Origin: Bacilli bacterium
GTDB taxonomy: Bacteria > Bacillota_I > Bacilli_A > RFN20 > CAG-826
Assembly (NCBI GenBank): GCA_024408095.1
Contig: JAKSVI010000003.1
Span: forward strand, 2,346-66,345
Length of the DNA: 64,000 bases
Direction of reading: 5' to 3'
Shown here: positions 17,552 through 27,825 of the stretch, in pieces
Layout: every line of letters starts with the position of its first letter
Position numbering within the stretch: position 1 is the stretch's first letter
Translations under genes and position numbers: made by a program
The notes under the pieces: model-generated
Seen by the model: the letters and a program-made list of their open reading frames with translations, nothing else
Database searches by the model: none
What the model was told of the DNA's origin: nothing

Positions 17552-19003
17552 TTAAATTTTAATCCACTCGCCATCAGAGTCGCCCCAACCTGTAATTTTA
17601 TAGCAGTTCATGTTTTGAGGCATTATTAAATCCTTGGTTTGATTCCATTTACCTCCTCCATCTGGATTTCTTCTATAAAAGAGCATTGAGGTAAAGGAGT
17701 TTGGAATTAGACATTTGTAACAGTCATCACTATATTTTTCTAATGTAATATCAAAGTTAACATCATTATTCCATATATGAACTTGGAACCATGCATTATC
17801 GGTATTCCAAACGCCTGGTTTTAGGTATAAGTCTTTTGTGTCCATTCCGACATAAGTACAGGTATTAAATTGACTATTTGTACTTAATTTAAAGTAAATA
17901 TTATAAGTTCCTGACGTTGGAACATAGTAGTCACTTTTTTGTGGAGTTGTTCTGCCAAAAACATCATTTTCCCAGTTATCAAACCAAACATCATTAGTAG
18001 ATAAGATTTTAAATTGATTGCCTTTTTGTAAAGATATTCCATGCAATTCAAATTCATCATATAGAGTTTCAGATTTCATGTATGTTAAACGATAATCTTT
18101 ATTAATTGACCAATTGTTAAAACTTCCAACTACATAATATCCGACGGATAAGTCTTCTTCTCCAACTGGTCTGATACCTTTATAAATTCGAGCTTCTGAT
18201 AAAACGTTATCGCCTCTTCCAAAAGAAGGATCGATTTTGCTTTTATCTTGATCTTTAACATATATTCTTAAAGAAAGATATTTTTCTCCAAAAGCATCCT
18301 TTCTTTCGGAAATACCCAATGATTTGATGCTTAGGTATTGAGAAGAAGGAGGTGTAAGCATTGGAGCGGTAAAACCTAAGAAGTTTGAATAATATCTATC
18401 GTTATTTGCATCCAATCCTACTGAGGTAACGTTGTAATAATATTCTTTATATTCGGACGCATATCCCCAATCCTCTTTACCATCTTCATTTTTGAAACCA
18501 TCAAGTTTTAATTTTGTGAGGTTAACAAAGCAATCATATAAATGCTCACGATTAGAATATGAAGCTTGTGATTTTGTTAGGATATATTCATCATCAAACA
18601 TTGTATCAAGGGTAGCACCTTCTTTAGCAATGATACGATGAACCTTTTTCGTTTCTTTATTTAATTTATATCCACCTGTAACTGCATCACTATATTTTGC
18701 ACTTGTTTCTAATGAGCCATCAGGGAACGCCATTAGTAACATTTCATTGGCATCATCATAATAAGTGGTTCTTTTTGGTTGGGTTTGTTTACAGTGGAAA
18801 TATCTTTCCATTTCGGAAACAGTCGCGTCATTTAAGCATATTGTTGTCTTTTTAGTATATCGAGAGTTTTCACCAATATATTCAGTAATTAAAGCGTCAA
18901 GCTTTTGGCTGACTGGTGTATCTTCTGCAGCAACCATTAAAGGTGCACTTGAAATTGTTAGTGCGGTTATTGCAAAAGGCAAAAGAAATAAACCTTTTTT
19001 CAT
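17552..19003 (-). CDS. secreted protein with C-terminal carbohydrate-binding-module-like repeats
   Basis: GAGGAG RBS and signal peptide MKKGLFLLPFAITALTISSAPLMVAAED. YYVVGSFNNW...YRL resembles CBM48/CBM20-type modules. The terminal YLKPGVWNTDNAWFQVHIWNN resembles CBM25/26-like modules. Confidence 0.6.
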   Translation of the reverse strand: MKKGLFLLPFAITALTISSAPLMVAAEDTPVSQKLDALITEYIGENSRYTKKTTICLNDATVSEMERYFHCKQTQPKRTTYYDDANEMLLMAFPDGSLETSAKYSDAVTGGYKLNKETKKVHRIIAKEGATLDTMFDDEYILTKSQASYSNREHLYDCFVNLTKLKLDGFKNEDGKEDWGYASEYKEYYYNVTSVGLDANNDRYYSNFLGFTAPMLTPPSSQYLSIKSLGISERKDAFGEKYLSLRIYVKDQDKSKIDPSFGRGDNVLSEARIYKGIRPVGEEDLSVGYYVVGSFNNWSINKDYRLTYMKSETLYDEFELHGISLQKGNQFKILSTNDVWFDNWENDVFGRTTPQKSDYYVPTSGTYNIYFKLSTNSQFNTCTYVGMDTKDLYLKPGVWNTDNAWFQVHIWNNDVNFDITLEKYSDDCYKCLIPNSFTSMLFYRRNPDGGGKWNQTKDLIMPQNMNCYKITGWGDSDGEWIKI

Positions 19004-19042
19004 AATAAGCTCCTCATTTGTATCTTTATTTTAGTAAATAAA

Positions 19043-19075
19043 TATTAAAAAAACAAAGACAAAAGTTTTTGTCTT
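19043..19075 (-). terminator. terminator-like hairpin inside the 5' leader of the 17552..19003 gene
   Basis: On the minus strand: AAGACAAA-AACT-TTTGTCTT followed by TGTTTTTTT, 40-70 nt upstream of the start codon. No upstream minus-strand gene ends here. Confidence 0.45.
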
Positions 19076-19171
19076 GATAGAATCAATGGTTTCTCGCATT
19101 CTTTTAGCCTTTTATATTATGATTTCAAATATTGAATAATGCATAACATAAGAAGGTATATAATTGACAGT

Positions 19172-20011
19172 ATGAAGAAAATACAATTACAGAACTTTTC
19201 AAAAGAAAGAAGTCTTTATAACCAACACAGTATCGAAGTTGAACAATGTACTTTTGATGGAACAGAAGATGGAGAGTCGCCATTAAAGGAATGTAGCAAT
19301 GTTTTAATAAACCAATCTGCATTTTCATTACGTTATAGTGTGTGGCATTGTTATAAAGTTAATATTAATAATTCAAATTTTTCTAATAGATGTCGCGCTC
19401 CATTTTGGTACTGCAATAATCTTAATATTTCTCAATCAAGCATTATGGGTGTTAAGGCAATTAGAGAAAGCTCAAATATAACTATTGATAGCTGTGAGAT
19501 TTCTTCACCAGAATTCATGTGGAAAAGTAATGAAATTATTGTAAAAAATAGCAAAATCACTGCAGAATACGGGTTTTTTGAAAGTAAAAATATTAAAATC
19601 GATTGTCTCAATTTCTTTGGTAAATATTCTTTTCAATATGTAGAAAACATGGAAATTTCTAATAGTGTTTTCAAAACAAAAGATGCTTTTTGGCATTCAA
19701 AAAATGTCGTTGTTAAAGATTCAATTATTGAAGGTGAATATCTTGGTTGGTACAGCGATGGATTAACACTGATCAATTGTAAAATTAGAGGTACACAGCC
19801 ATTATGTTACTGCAAGAATTTGCATTTAATAAATTGTGATATGACAGGATGTGATTTGTCGTTTGAATATAGCGATGTAGATGCAGATGTGACTGGTGAA
19901 TTATCATCCATTAAAAATCCATCTTTAGGTCTAATTAAATATGAAACTGTAAAAGAAATTATTCTTGAAGGTTCAGTTAGACCGTTTAATTGTTTGTTAG
20001 AGAAAAAATAA
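19172..20011 (+). CDS. DUF3737 family (beta-helix repeat) protein
   Basis: Collinear with the DUF3737 pattern (GESPLKE..., repeated N-I-x-I/V-x-N-S/C turns, KDAFWHSKNV, GEYLGWYS, FEYS.VDA). The start is ambiguous (19139 or 19172). Confidence 0.7.
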   Translation: MKKIQLQNFSKERSLYNQHSIEVEQCTFDGTEDGESPLKECSNVLINQSAFSLRYSVWHCYKVNINNSNFSNRCRAPFWYCNNLNISQSSIMGVKAIRESSNITIDSCEISSPEFMWKSNEIIVKNSKITAEYGFFESKNIKIDCLNFFGKYSFQYVENMEISNSVFKTKDAFWHSKNVVVKDSIIEGEYLGWYSDGLTLINCKIRGTQPLCYCKNLHLINCDMTGCDLSFEYSDVDADVTGELSSIKNPSLGLIKYETVKEIILEGSVRPFNCLLEKK

Positions 20012-20038
20012 TTTAGATACATAAAATTTAGTCATAAG

Positions 20039-20060
20039 GTGCAATTTTTGCACTTTTTTC
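20039..20060 (+). terminator. intrinsic terminator after the DUF3737 gene
   Basis: GTGCAA-TTT-TTGCAC followed by TTTTTTC. Confidence 0.55.
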
Positions 20061-20110
20061 TTGCATTAATACTTTTATAATAATATATTATTGTCGATAG
20101 AGGTGTAATT

Positions 20111-21304
20111 ATGACATTAAAAGAAACTCGCAAAAAATGCAAATTAACTCAAGAAGAAGCCGCAAAAATTGTTGGTTTATCTAAGAGAACATACGTTAGT
20201 TATGAAGCTAACGAATTAGAAGCGGATCAATTAAAACTCGAAAGAGCAATTGAAAAATTGAATGAATACGCTGCAAAAGATACTTCAATCTTGAAAGATA
20301 AAATTCTGTTGATCACTGGTGGAACAGGATCATTTGGCCACGCTGTTGTTGATAGATTCTTAAATACAGATATAAAAGAAATAAGAATATTGTCACGTGA
20401 TGAAAAGAAACAAGATGATATGCGTAAAGCATATAACAACGAAAAACTAAAATTCTACATTGGTGATGTTAGAAATTTAGAAAGTATTATTGATGCTTTT
20501 AAAGGCGTTGACTATGTATTTAGTGCAGCTGCTTTAAAGCAAGTTCCTTCATGTGAATTTTATCCTATGGAAGCTGTTAGAACTAACGTTATCGGAAGTG
20601 ATAATGTTATTACAGCATGTGTTAGAAACCACGTTAAAAAAGCAATATTCTTATCCACTGATAAAGCAGCATATCCAATAAATGCAATGGGTATTTCAAA
20701 AGCTTTAATGGAGAAAAATGTTATTGCTAGAAGTAGACAACTTTTAGAAGGTGATACGGTTTTATGCTTAACTAGATACGGAAATGTTATGGCAAGCCGT
20801 GGAAGTGTCATTCCTTTATTCTTAAATCAAATTAAAGAAGGTAAACCAATTACCATCACAAATCCAGATATGACAAGATTCATGATGACTTTAGATGATG
20901 CTGTTGATCTAGTTTTATATGCCTTTGAACATGGTGAACAAGGCGACTTATTTGTACAAAAAGCTCCAGCTGCAACAATAGAAACATTAGCAAAAGCTGT
21001 TATAAATTTAACAAAGAGTAAAACTGGTATCAGCTATATCGGCACAAGACATGGAGAAAAACTTTATGAAACTTTAGTCACTCAAGAAGAAATGCTTAAA
21101 TCAGTAGATATGGGTAATTTCTTCTGTATTAAAGCTGATAATAGAGATTTAAATTATGACAAGTATTTCTCTAAGGGAAATAAAAAATTAAACTTAGGGG
21201 AAAGCTATACTTCACATAATACTGGTAGACTTGATGTCAAAGGTATGGAAAAATTATTACAGAAACTAGAATTATTTGGTGGCCCAGTTAAACAACACGA
21301 ATAG
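20111..21304 (+). CDS. fnlA: UDP-GlcNAc 4,6-dehydratase/5-epimerase (CapE/FnlA type) with N-terminal XRE-type HTH extension
   Basis: From residue ~62 it is collinear with CapE/FnlA (KILLITGGTGSFGHAVVDRFL..IKEIRILSRDEKKQDDMR, AAALKQVPSCEF, STDKAAYPINAMGISKA, RYGNVMASRGSVIPLF). The first ~60 aa (LKETRKKCKLTQEEAAKIVGLSKRTYVSYE) are an XRE HTH. Confidence 0.85.
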   Translation: MTLKETRKKCKLTQEEAAKIVGLSKRTYVSYEANELEADQLKLERAIEKLNEYAAKDTSILKDKILLITGGTGSFGHAVVDRFLNTDIKEIRILSRDEKKQDDMRKAYNNEKLKFYIGDVRNLESIIDAFKGVDYVFSAAALKQVPSCEFYPMEAVRTNVIGSDNVITACVRNHVKKAIFLSTDKAAYPINAMGISKALMEKNVIARSRQLLEGDTVLCLTRYGNVMASRGSVIPLFLNQIKEGKPITITNPDMTRFMMTLDDAVDLVLYAFEHGEQGDLFVQKAPAATIETLAKAVINLTKSKTGISYIGTRHGEKLYETLVTQEEMLKSVDMGNFFCIKADNRDLNYDKYFSKGNKKLNLGESYTSHNTGRLDVKGMEKLLQKLELFGGPVKQHE

Positions 21305-21327
21305 TTATTGAAAAGGAGAGAAGCATT

Positions 21328-22473
21328 ATGTTTAAAAATAATGGAAAAATTAAACTCTTAATCATCGTCGGAACTAGACCAGAAATCATAAGACTTGCTG
21401 CAGTAATTAATAAATGCAGAGAATACTTTGATTGTGTTTTAGCACATACTGGTCAAAATTATGATTACACCCTCAACGGAATTTTCTTTAAAGATTTAAA
21501 CATTAAAGAACCAGATGTCTACCTTGATGCAGTCGGAGAAAACTTAGGACAAACAATGGGAAACATCATAGCAAAAAGCTATGAATTAATGGTTAAAATA
21601 AACCCTGATGCTGTTCTTGTTCTTGGAGACACCAATAGTTGTTTAAGTGTTATAGGCGCAAAAAGATTACATATCCCAATCTTCCATATGGAAGCTGGAA
21701 ATAGATGTAAAGATGAATGCTTACCAGAAGAAACAAATAGAAGAATTGTTGATATTATCTCTGATGTGAACTTAGCTTACAGTGAACATGCTAGAAGATA
21801 TTTAGCAGACTGTGGTCTTCCTAAAGAAAGAACATATGTTACAGGATCTCCTATGGCAGAAGTTTTAACGAATAATTTAAAAGGTATTGAAAGCAGTGAT
21901 ATCTTACAGCGCCTCAAATTAACAAAAGGTAAATATATCTTATTAAGCGCTCATAGAGAAGAAAACATTGATACTGATAAAAACTTTTTAAGCCTATTTA
22001 ACGCTATTAACTCATTAGCGGAAAAATATGACATGCCTGTCTTATATAGCTGTCATCCAAGAAGCAAAAAGAAACTTGAATCCACTGGATTTAAATTAGA
22101 TAAAAGAGTTGTTATGCATGAACCTCTTGGATTCTTAGATTATAACAACTTACAAATGAATGCTTATGCTGTTGTTAGCGATAGTGGAACTCTTCCAGAA
22201 GAAAGCAGTTTCTATGCATCAATTAATAAACCAATTGCTGCAGTTTGTATAAGAACATCAACAGAACGTCCTGAAGCCTTAGATGAGGCATGCTTTGTAT
22301 TAGCAGGAATTGATGAAAAGAACTTATTACAAGCTGTTGAAGTTGCGGTAAATAACAAAGCTGGTTGTAAGCCAGTAAGTAATTATGTGGATACAAATGT
22401 TTCAGACAAAGTTGTTAAACTCATCCAAAGTTATGTTGGAGTGGTAAACAAAATGGTCTGGAGAAAAGACTAA
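21328..22473 (+). CDS. fnlC: UDP-N-acetylglucosamine 2-epimerase, non-hydrolysing (CapG/FnlC type)
   Basis: IVGTRPEIIRLA, HTGQNYD, VLGDTNS and HMEAGNR motifs of WecB/CapG epimerases. Sits in the fnl context. Confidence 0.85.
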   Translation: MFKNNGKIKLLIIVGTRPEIIRLAAVINKCREYFDCVLAHTGQNYDYTLNGIFFKDLNIKEPDVYLDAVGENLGQTMGNIIAKSYELMVKINPDAVLVLGDTNSCLSVIGAKRLHIPIFHMEAGNRCKDECLPEETNRRIVDIISDVNLAYSEHARRYLADCGLPKERTYVTGSPMAEVLTNNLKGIESSDILQRLKLTKGKYILLSAHREENIDTDKNFLSLFNAINSLAEKYDMPVLYSCHPRSKKKLESTGFKLDKRVVMHEPLGFLDYNNLQMNAYAVVSDSGTLPEESSFYASINKPIAAVCIRTSTERPEALDEACFVLAGIDEKNLLQAVEVAVNNKAGCKPVSNYVDTNVSDKVVKLIQSYVGVVNKMVWRKD

Positions 22474-22477
22474 TTCG

Positions 22478-23572
22478 ATGAATGTTTTAGTTACCGGTGC
22501 TAAAGGTTTTATTGGCAAACACATGTGCCAAACATTAAAAAGAAATGGCCATGATGTTTTTGAATATGATTTAGGTTCTAGCGAAGATGAATTAATTTCT
22601 TATATTAAACAATCCAACTTTATAGTTCACTTAGCGGGTGTTAATCGCCCATTAAATAAAGAAGAATTTTATGATGGAAACGTTAACTTTACGATTAAGT
22701 TGGTTGAGCTAATTAAAAAATATAATGATAAAATTGTCATAATTTCTAATAGTTCTACTCAGGCTTCTTTAGATAATGATTATGGTAAAAGTAAGAAACA
22801 GATGGAAGACTATCTTTTAAGCTGTGGAATTAAAGTATTTGTTTATCGATTTAGTAATGTTTTTGGCAAATGGTGCAGACCAAATTATAACAGCGCATCC
22901 GCTACCTTTTGTTACAATATCGCCCATAATTTAGATATTGAAGTTAGAGATCCAAATTATGTTGTTCATTACAATTATGTTGATGACATTTGTGATGAAA
23001 TTTTGAATGTAATTTTAGGCAAAAGTAATCAAAAACCCTATCAAATCGGCTATATTTCTCCTCTTTATGATTGTTCACTTGGTCATTTAGCGGATTTACT
23101 TTATTACTTTAAAAAATGTGTTGAAAGCGATACTCATCTACCTTTACTGCATAATGAATTTGAAGTTAAGTTGTTTATTACATTCTTAGATTATTTATCA
23201 GATGAAGGAAGTACCTATAATTATGCGACTGATGCTAGAGGAAGTTTTGAAGAGTTGTATAAAAGTAAAAAGTTTGGTCAAATTAGCATGAATATGTCTT
23301 ATCCAGGAATTACAAAAGGCGGACATTATCATACATATAAAAAAGAAATTTTCTACACAGTGAAAGGCCAATGCGAAATTAAACAAAGAAATATTAAGAA
23401 TAATAAAATGTTAGTGAATAACGTTAGTGGTAATAATCCACAGCCAGTTGATATTATTCCTTATTACACTCATAGTATCACTAATACAGGTAATGAAAAT
23501 TCTTATACTATCATGTGGATAAGTGAAATCTATAAACCAGAAACTCACGACACATATAAAGAAGATCTATAA
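22478..23572 (+). CDS. fnlB: CapF/FnlB-type reductase (SDR N-domain + cupin C-domain)
   Basis: N-terminal MNVLVTGAKGFIGKH Rossmann fold. C-terminal cupin-like GITKGGHYHTYKKEIFYTVKG. Size and context match CapF/FnlB. Confidence 0.75.
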   Translation: MNVLVTGAKGFIGKHMCQTLKRNGHDVFEYDLGSSEDELISYIKQSNFIVHLAGVNRPLNKEEFYDGNVNFTIKLVELIKKYNDKIVIISNSSTQASLDNDYGKSKKQMEDYLLSCGIKVFVYRFSNVFGKWCRPNYNSASATFCYNIAHNLDIEVRDPNYVVHYNYVDDICDEILNVILGKSNQKPYQIGYISPLYDCSLGHLADLLYYFKKCVESDTHLPLLHNEFEVKLFITFLDYLSDEGSTYNYATDARGSFEELYKSKKFGQISMNMSYPGITKGGHYHTYKKEIFYTVKGQCEIKQRNIKNNKMLVNNVSGNNPQPVDIIPYYTHSITNTGNENSYTIMWISEIYKPETHDTYKEDL

Positions 23573-23624
23573 TTCAATTAAGTTAAATAAATCAAAAGAA
23601 TGATATAATCATATTGTCTTTATT

Positions 23625-24416
23625 ATGGGAAGAGAAGTCACTGTTACTGATGTTAAACAAATATCCGCTCGTATCGTAAGTGAAATTCATGAATTTTGTG
23701 AAAAGAACAACTTATGTTATGTTTTGTTTTTTGGCACATTATTAGGAGCCATTAGGCATAATGGTTATATTCCTTGGGATGATGATGTTGATATTGCTAT
23801 GCCAAGAAAAGACTATGAGATTTTTATAAAAACTTATAAATCCGAACATAGTGATGTTATTTCATGCAAATATAACAAAAAGTATCCATTACACTGGGCT
23901 AAGGTGTTTGATAAGCACACAGATCTTCATGAGAATATTGCAAAGCAAAAATATGAAATAGGTGTGTATATTGATGTTTTTCCATTAGATGAAATCGATT
24001 CTGAAAAACGTTATCTGAAACTTAGAAAAAAAGAGAATATATGGTGCAAAGGTTTGTCTTTAGCAATGGTTAAACCAATTAGCAAGAATCCTATTAAAAT
24101 GGTCTTAAGACATCTATTAAGATTACCATTCTTAGGCCACGAACATTCTCTTGGATTAAAAATAGACAATTATATGCAAGGTAACTATGAATTTAATTAC
24201 TATTGCTGCAATGATATGTATAATTTAACGAATAATATCTACATTTTTGATAAGAATATATGCGATTATCGCATACTACATAAATTTGAGGAATATGAAT
24301 TTTATATACCTAAATCTTACGATAAGGTTTTAACCAGTCTTTACAACGACTATATGAAGTTACCTCCTATCGAACAACAAGTTTGTCATCACGAATATAA
24401 AGCATTTTTTAAATAA
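23625..24416 (+). CDS. licD: LicD-family phosphocholine (phosphoalcohol) transferase
   Basis: LFFGTLLGAIRHNGYIPWDDDVDIAMPRKDY is the LicD signature. Confidence 0.85.
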   Translation: MGREVTVTDVKQISARIVSEIHEFCEKNNLCYVLFFGTLLGAIRHNGYIPWDDDVDIAMPRKDYEIFIKTYKSEHSDVISCKYNKKYPLHWAKVFDKHTDLHENIAKQKYEIGVYIDVFPLDEIDSEKRYLKLRKKENIWCKGLSLAMVKPISKNPIKMVLRHLLRLPFLGHEHSLGLKIDNYMQGNYEFNYYCCNDMYNLTNNIYIFDKNICDYRILHKFEEYEFYIPKSYDKVLTSLYNDYMKLPPIEQQVCHHEYKAFFK

Positions 24417-24485
24417 TAATGTTCAAAAAATAACAGTTGCATAAAATTTTGAACAAGAATATTATGTTCTTGGCAGTTTTTAATT

Positions 24486-26054
24486 ATGGTTTGTTACAAA
24501 AGTAATATTATTACTGTTAATAAAAATGATGATATCTTCAAATACTTAATAGTAGATAAAAAGAAAATCATTCATGTTGGTAATGATCTTCCAGAAGAAT
24601 ATAAAAATATTGAAATAGTGGATTTATCAGATAAGGCTATTTGTCCAACGTTTTGTGATACACATCAACACTTTGCTTCCTTTGCAATGTTTAATGCTGG
24701 TTTAAACGTTATGGGCGCAACTAGTAACGAGCAAATTAAATTAATGATTAAAGACTATGTTAAGACAGCAAAAGGCAAATTGCTTATTGCTTTTGGAGCT
24801 TCTCCATATTCAGTTAAAGAAAAAGTTTTATTATCTAAAAAAGAGATTGATGAAGTATGCCCAAATAAGCCAATGATGATAGTTAAATATGATGGGCATG
24901 CCTGCATTGTAAATAGTGTACTTTTAAAGAAAATTGATAAAAAAGTGCGTGATTTGCGGGGATATCATCCAGAAACAGGAGAAATGAATCAAGAAGCTTT
25001 CTTTGCAGTTAGCGATTATATTTCGTCCTCCTTATCTTTAATTGCAATGATAAAAGGAATGAAAAAAGCAATTGATTTTGAAGCAAGAAATGGCATATCG
25101 ATGATCCATAGCGTATCGGGTGTTGGCTTTCCTTTAAATATTGATATAACGCTCGAAAAATTATTTGGAAAATCATTGCAAAGAGGAATGCAATTAAGAA
25201 TATTCCCTCAATCAATGAATATAGGGGTCGCTAAGAAAAGACATTTAAAAAGAATAGGTGGTTGTTTTGAATGCGCTCTAGATGGTTGTTTTGGATCTCA
25301 AGATGCTAAACTTAACGAACCATATATTAATAATAAGGATAATGATGGTGTCTTATATTATTCTGATAAAAAAGTAATAGATTTTTGTAAGAAAGCTAAT
25401 CGTGCTGGGCTTCAAATTGAAATGCATGCTATCGGTGACAAAGCTTTTGACCAAGCGACAAAATGTTTAAAAGAAGCGTTAAATGATTATCCAAGGAATG
25501 ATCACAGACACGGAATTATTCATGATTGTTTACCAACTGATAAAGGAATTGAAATATGTTCAAAATATCATATTCAAATGCCAGTTCAATCAGCTTTTAT
25601 TTCCTGGAAACAAGAGCCTGACGAATATCTCGAATCTATATTAGGTAAAGAAAGATGTTCTAGATTAAATCCATTAAGGACTTTTTGGGATAAAGGAATA
25701 ATTATTTCTGCTGGAAGTGATGGACCGTGCACGAACCCCAATCCTATAGATTGGATTTATAAAGCTGTTAATCATTCAAATCCAAATGAAGCTTTAACAT
25801 TAAACGAAGCTATCAGGATGTGTACATATAACGGATTCTGGACTACCTTTGATGAACAAACATATGGCTCATTAGAAGTTGGTAAGTCTGCTAGCTTTGT
25901 TATTCTAAATACAAATCCATTCGATATGGAAAAATCTATGTTAAACAAATTGAATGTTCAAAATGTTTTTATAGATGGCAAAGAATATGTTGATCAAAAG
26001 CAATCAATATTGAGAATTTTATTTAAGGGAATATTCTCAAAACATAAGATTTAA
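24486..26054 (+). CDS. amidohydrolase-family metal-dependent hydrolase (YtcJ-like)
   Basis: CDTHQHF metal-binding start, HAIGD, and AGSDGP near the C-terminus. ~520 aa, typical of the Amidohydro_3 family. Confidence 0.7.
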   Translation: MVCYKSNIITVNKNDDIFKYLIVDKKKIIHVGNDLPEEYKNIEIVDLSDKAICPTFCDTHQHFASFAMFNAGLNVMGATSNEQIKLMIKDYVKTAKGKLLIAFGASPYSVKEKVLLSKKEIDEVCPNKPMMIVKYDGHACIVNSVLLKKIDKKVRDLRGYHPETGEMNQEAFFAVSDYISSSLSLIAMIKGMKKAIDFEARNGISMIHSVSGVGFPLNIDITLEKLFGKSLQRGMQLRIFPQSMNIGVAKKRHLKRIGGCFECALDGCFGSQDAKLNEPYINNKDNDGVLYYSDKKVIDFCKKANRAGLQIEMHAIGDKAFDQATKCLKEALNDYPRNDHRHGIIHDCLPTDKGIEICSKYHIQMPVQSAFISWKQEPDEYLESILGKERCSRLNPLRTFWDKGIIISAGSDGPCTNPNPIDWIYKAVNHSNPNEALTLNEAIRMCTYNGFWTTFDEQTYGSLEVGKSASFVILNTNPFDMEKSMLNKLNVQNVFIDGKEYVDQKQSILRILFKGIFSKHKI

Positions 26055-26055
26055 T

Positions 26056-27825
26056 ATGAATAAGAACGAATTTTTAATCTTAAGAGAAATATACGAAAAC
26101 GGCTATAAAAATATTAGAGAATTTTCGAATATTTTGTCGCTTTCTATCGGCACTGTGTCTTCATCAATTTCATCTTTAAAAAATCAAGGATTAATTGAAG
26201 ATAAAAATATTTCAAAAAAGGGTATAAAAGAACTTAATAATTATAGAGTTAAATCCGCGATTATATTATGTGCTGGAGCATCAACTAGATTTGCCCCATT
26301 TTCTTTTGAAAAACCAAAAGGTTTGTTTGAAGTAAAAGGTGAAATTCTTGTTGAAAGACAAATAAAACAATTAAAAGAAGCTGGAATTGCTAATATTTTT
26401 ATTGTTTTAGGATACAAAAAAGAGTCGTTCTTTTATCTTGCCGAAAAGTATGGTTTGCATGTCGTAATTAACAGTGAATTCATGAATAAGAATAATTGCG
26501 AATCTTTATATCTAGTTAAAGAACATTTTGAGAATTCATATATTTGTTCTTGTGATCAATATTTTGTAAAGAATCCATTTCATCAATATGAGTTTGAATC
26601 AATATATACAACGGTTAAAGTAGAGAAAAAATTAGATGAAGATTATGTTGAAATTGCTCATAACGATGAAATAAAAGGAAAGTCAAAAATAAGAAATAAA
26701 GGTCTTATACTTTTAGGGTTTTCATTCTGGAATAAAGAATTTGGTGATGCCTTTAAAAAATTGTTAGAGGAGCATCACGATATTGGAGATTTTGATCACG
26801 ACTATTGGGAAACTGTTTTCCTTAAAAATATTCACGTTTTACCAGCAATGCATTCTTCCTTAAATAGTGAAAAAAATATTTTTGAATTTGATAATCTAAC
26901 TCAACTAAGAAAATTTGATGAAACCTATGTTGAAAATACATCAAGTAAGATATTCGAAAATATCGCGAGTGTTTTAGACTGTGATAAAAATGATATACAT
27001 GATTTTCTTCCTATTAAAGAAGGAATGACAAATACATCATATATTTTTGAAGTTGATGGAGTTAAATATGTTTATCGTCATCCAGGTGAAGGCACAGAAA
27101 AAATTATAAAAAGAAATAACGAAAAGAAATCTTTAATTCTTGCTAAAAAATTAGGCATCGATCCAAGCTATATTTTTATGGATGAAAAAACTGGGTGGAA
27201 AATATCGAAATTTATAGAAAACACTGCAATTCCCTCATATTTATCGAAGAATGATACTAAATTAGTAATTAATAAATTAAGAGAATTGCATGATTCTAAC
27301 ATTCATGTTGATTATAATTTTTTACCATTTGAAGATGCGTTGGAAATGGAAAAAATATTAAAAACATCTCAAGGAATATCAATGCCAGATTTTGAAGAAC
27401 TTAAACAAAAAATTAATAATATTTACAAAATGGTAAAAGACGATAAATTTTCTGATAAATGCTTCTGCCATTGTGATACATATAGATTTAATTGGTTGAT
27501 TTCAAATGATACTAAAGAAGTTACTTTAATTGACTGGGAATATGCGGGCGAGGCAGATCGCGGAGTTGATGTTGGATATTATATTGTCGATGCGATGTAT
27601 GAATTTGATGAAGCAAAATCAGTAATAAAAGAATATCTCGGTGATGAATATAGTTATGAAGCAGAAAAACATTACATGAGTTATATTGCAATCGTTGCTT
27701 ACTATTGGTTTGTTTGGGCTTTATATAGAGAAAGCTGTAGAGCTATAATGGGTGAATCATTATATAACTGGTATTTTATGGCCAAGAAATATTCAAAGTA
27801 TGTATTGGAGAACTATAATGACTAA
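26056..27825 (+). CDS. wHTH + nucleotidyltransferase (LicC-like) + choline/aminoalcohol kinase (LicA-like) fusion
   Basis: N-terminal MarR-like LSIGTVSSSISSLKNQGLIE. NTP-transferase ILCAGASTRFAPFSFEKPKGL. C-terminal kinase motifs HCDTYRFNWL and LIDWEYAG. Confidence 0.8.
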   Translation: MNKNEFLILREIYENGYKNIREFSNILSLSIGTVSSSISSLKNQGLIEDKNISKKGIKELNNYRVKSAIILCAGASTRFAPFSFEKPKGLFEVKGEILVERQIKQLKEAGIANIFIVLGYKKESFFYLAEKYGLHVVINSEFMNKNNCESLYLVKEHFENSYICSCDQYFVKNPFHQYEFESIYTTVKVEKKLDEDYVEIAHNDEIKGKSKIRNKGLILLGFSFWNKEFGDAFKKLLEEHHDIGDFDHDYWETVFLKNIHVLPAMHSSLNSEKNIFEFDNLTQLRKFDETYVENTSSKIFENIASVLDCDKNDIHDFLPIKEGMTNTSYIFEVDGVKYVYRHPGEGTEKIIKRNNEKKSLILAKKLGIDPSYIFMDEKTGWKISKFIENTAIPSYLSKNDTKLVINKLRELHDSNIHVDYNFLPFEDALEMEKILKTSQGISMPDFEELKQKINNIYKMVKDDKFSDKCFCHCDTYRFNWLISNDTKEVTLIDWEYAGEADRGVDVGYYIVDAMYEFDEAKSVIKEYLGDEYSYEAEKHYMSYIAIVAYYWFVWALYRESCRAIMGESLYNWYFMAKKYSKYVLENYND

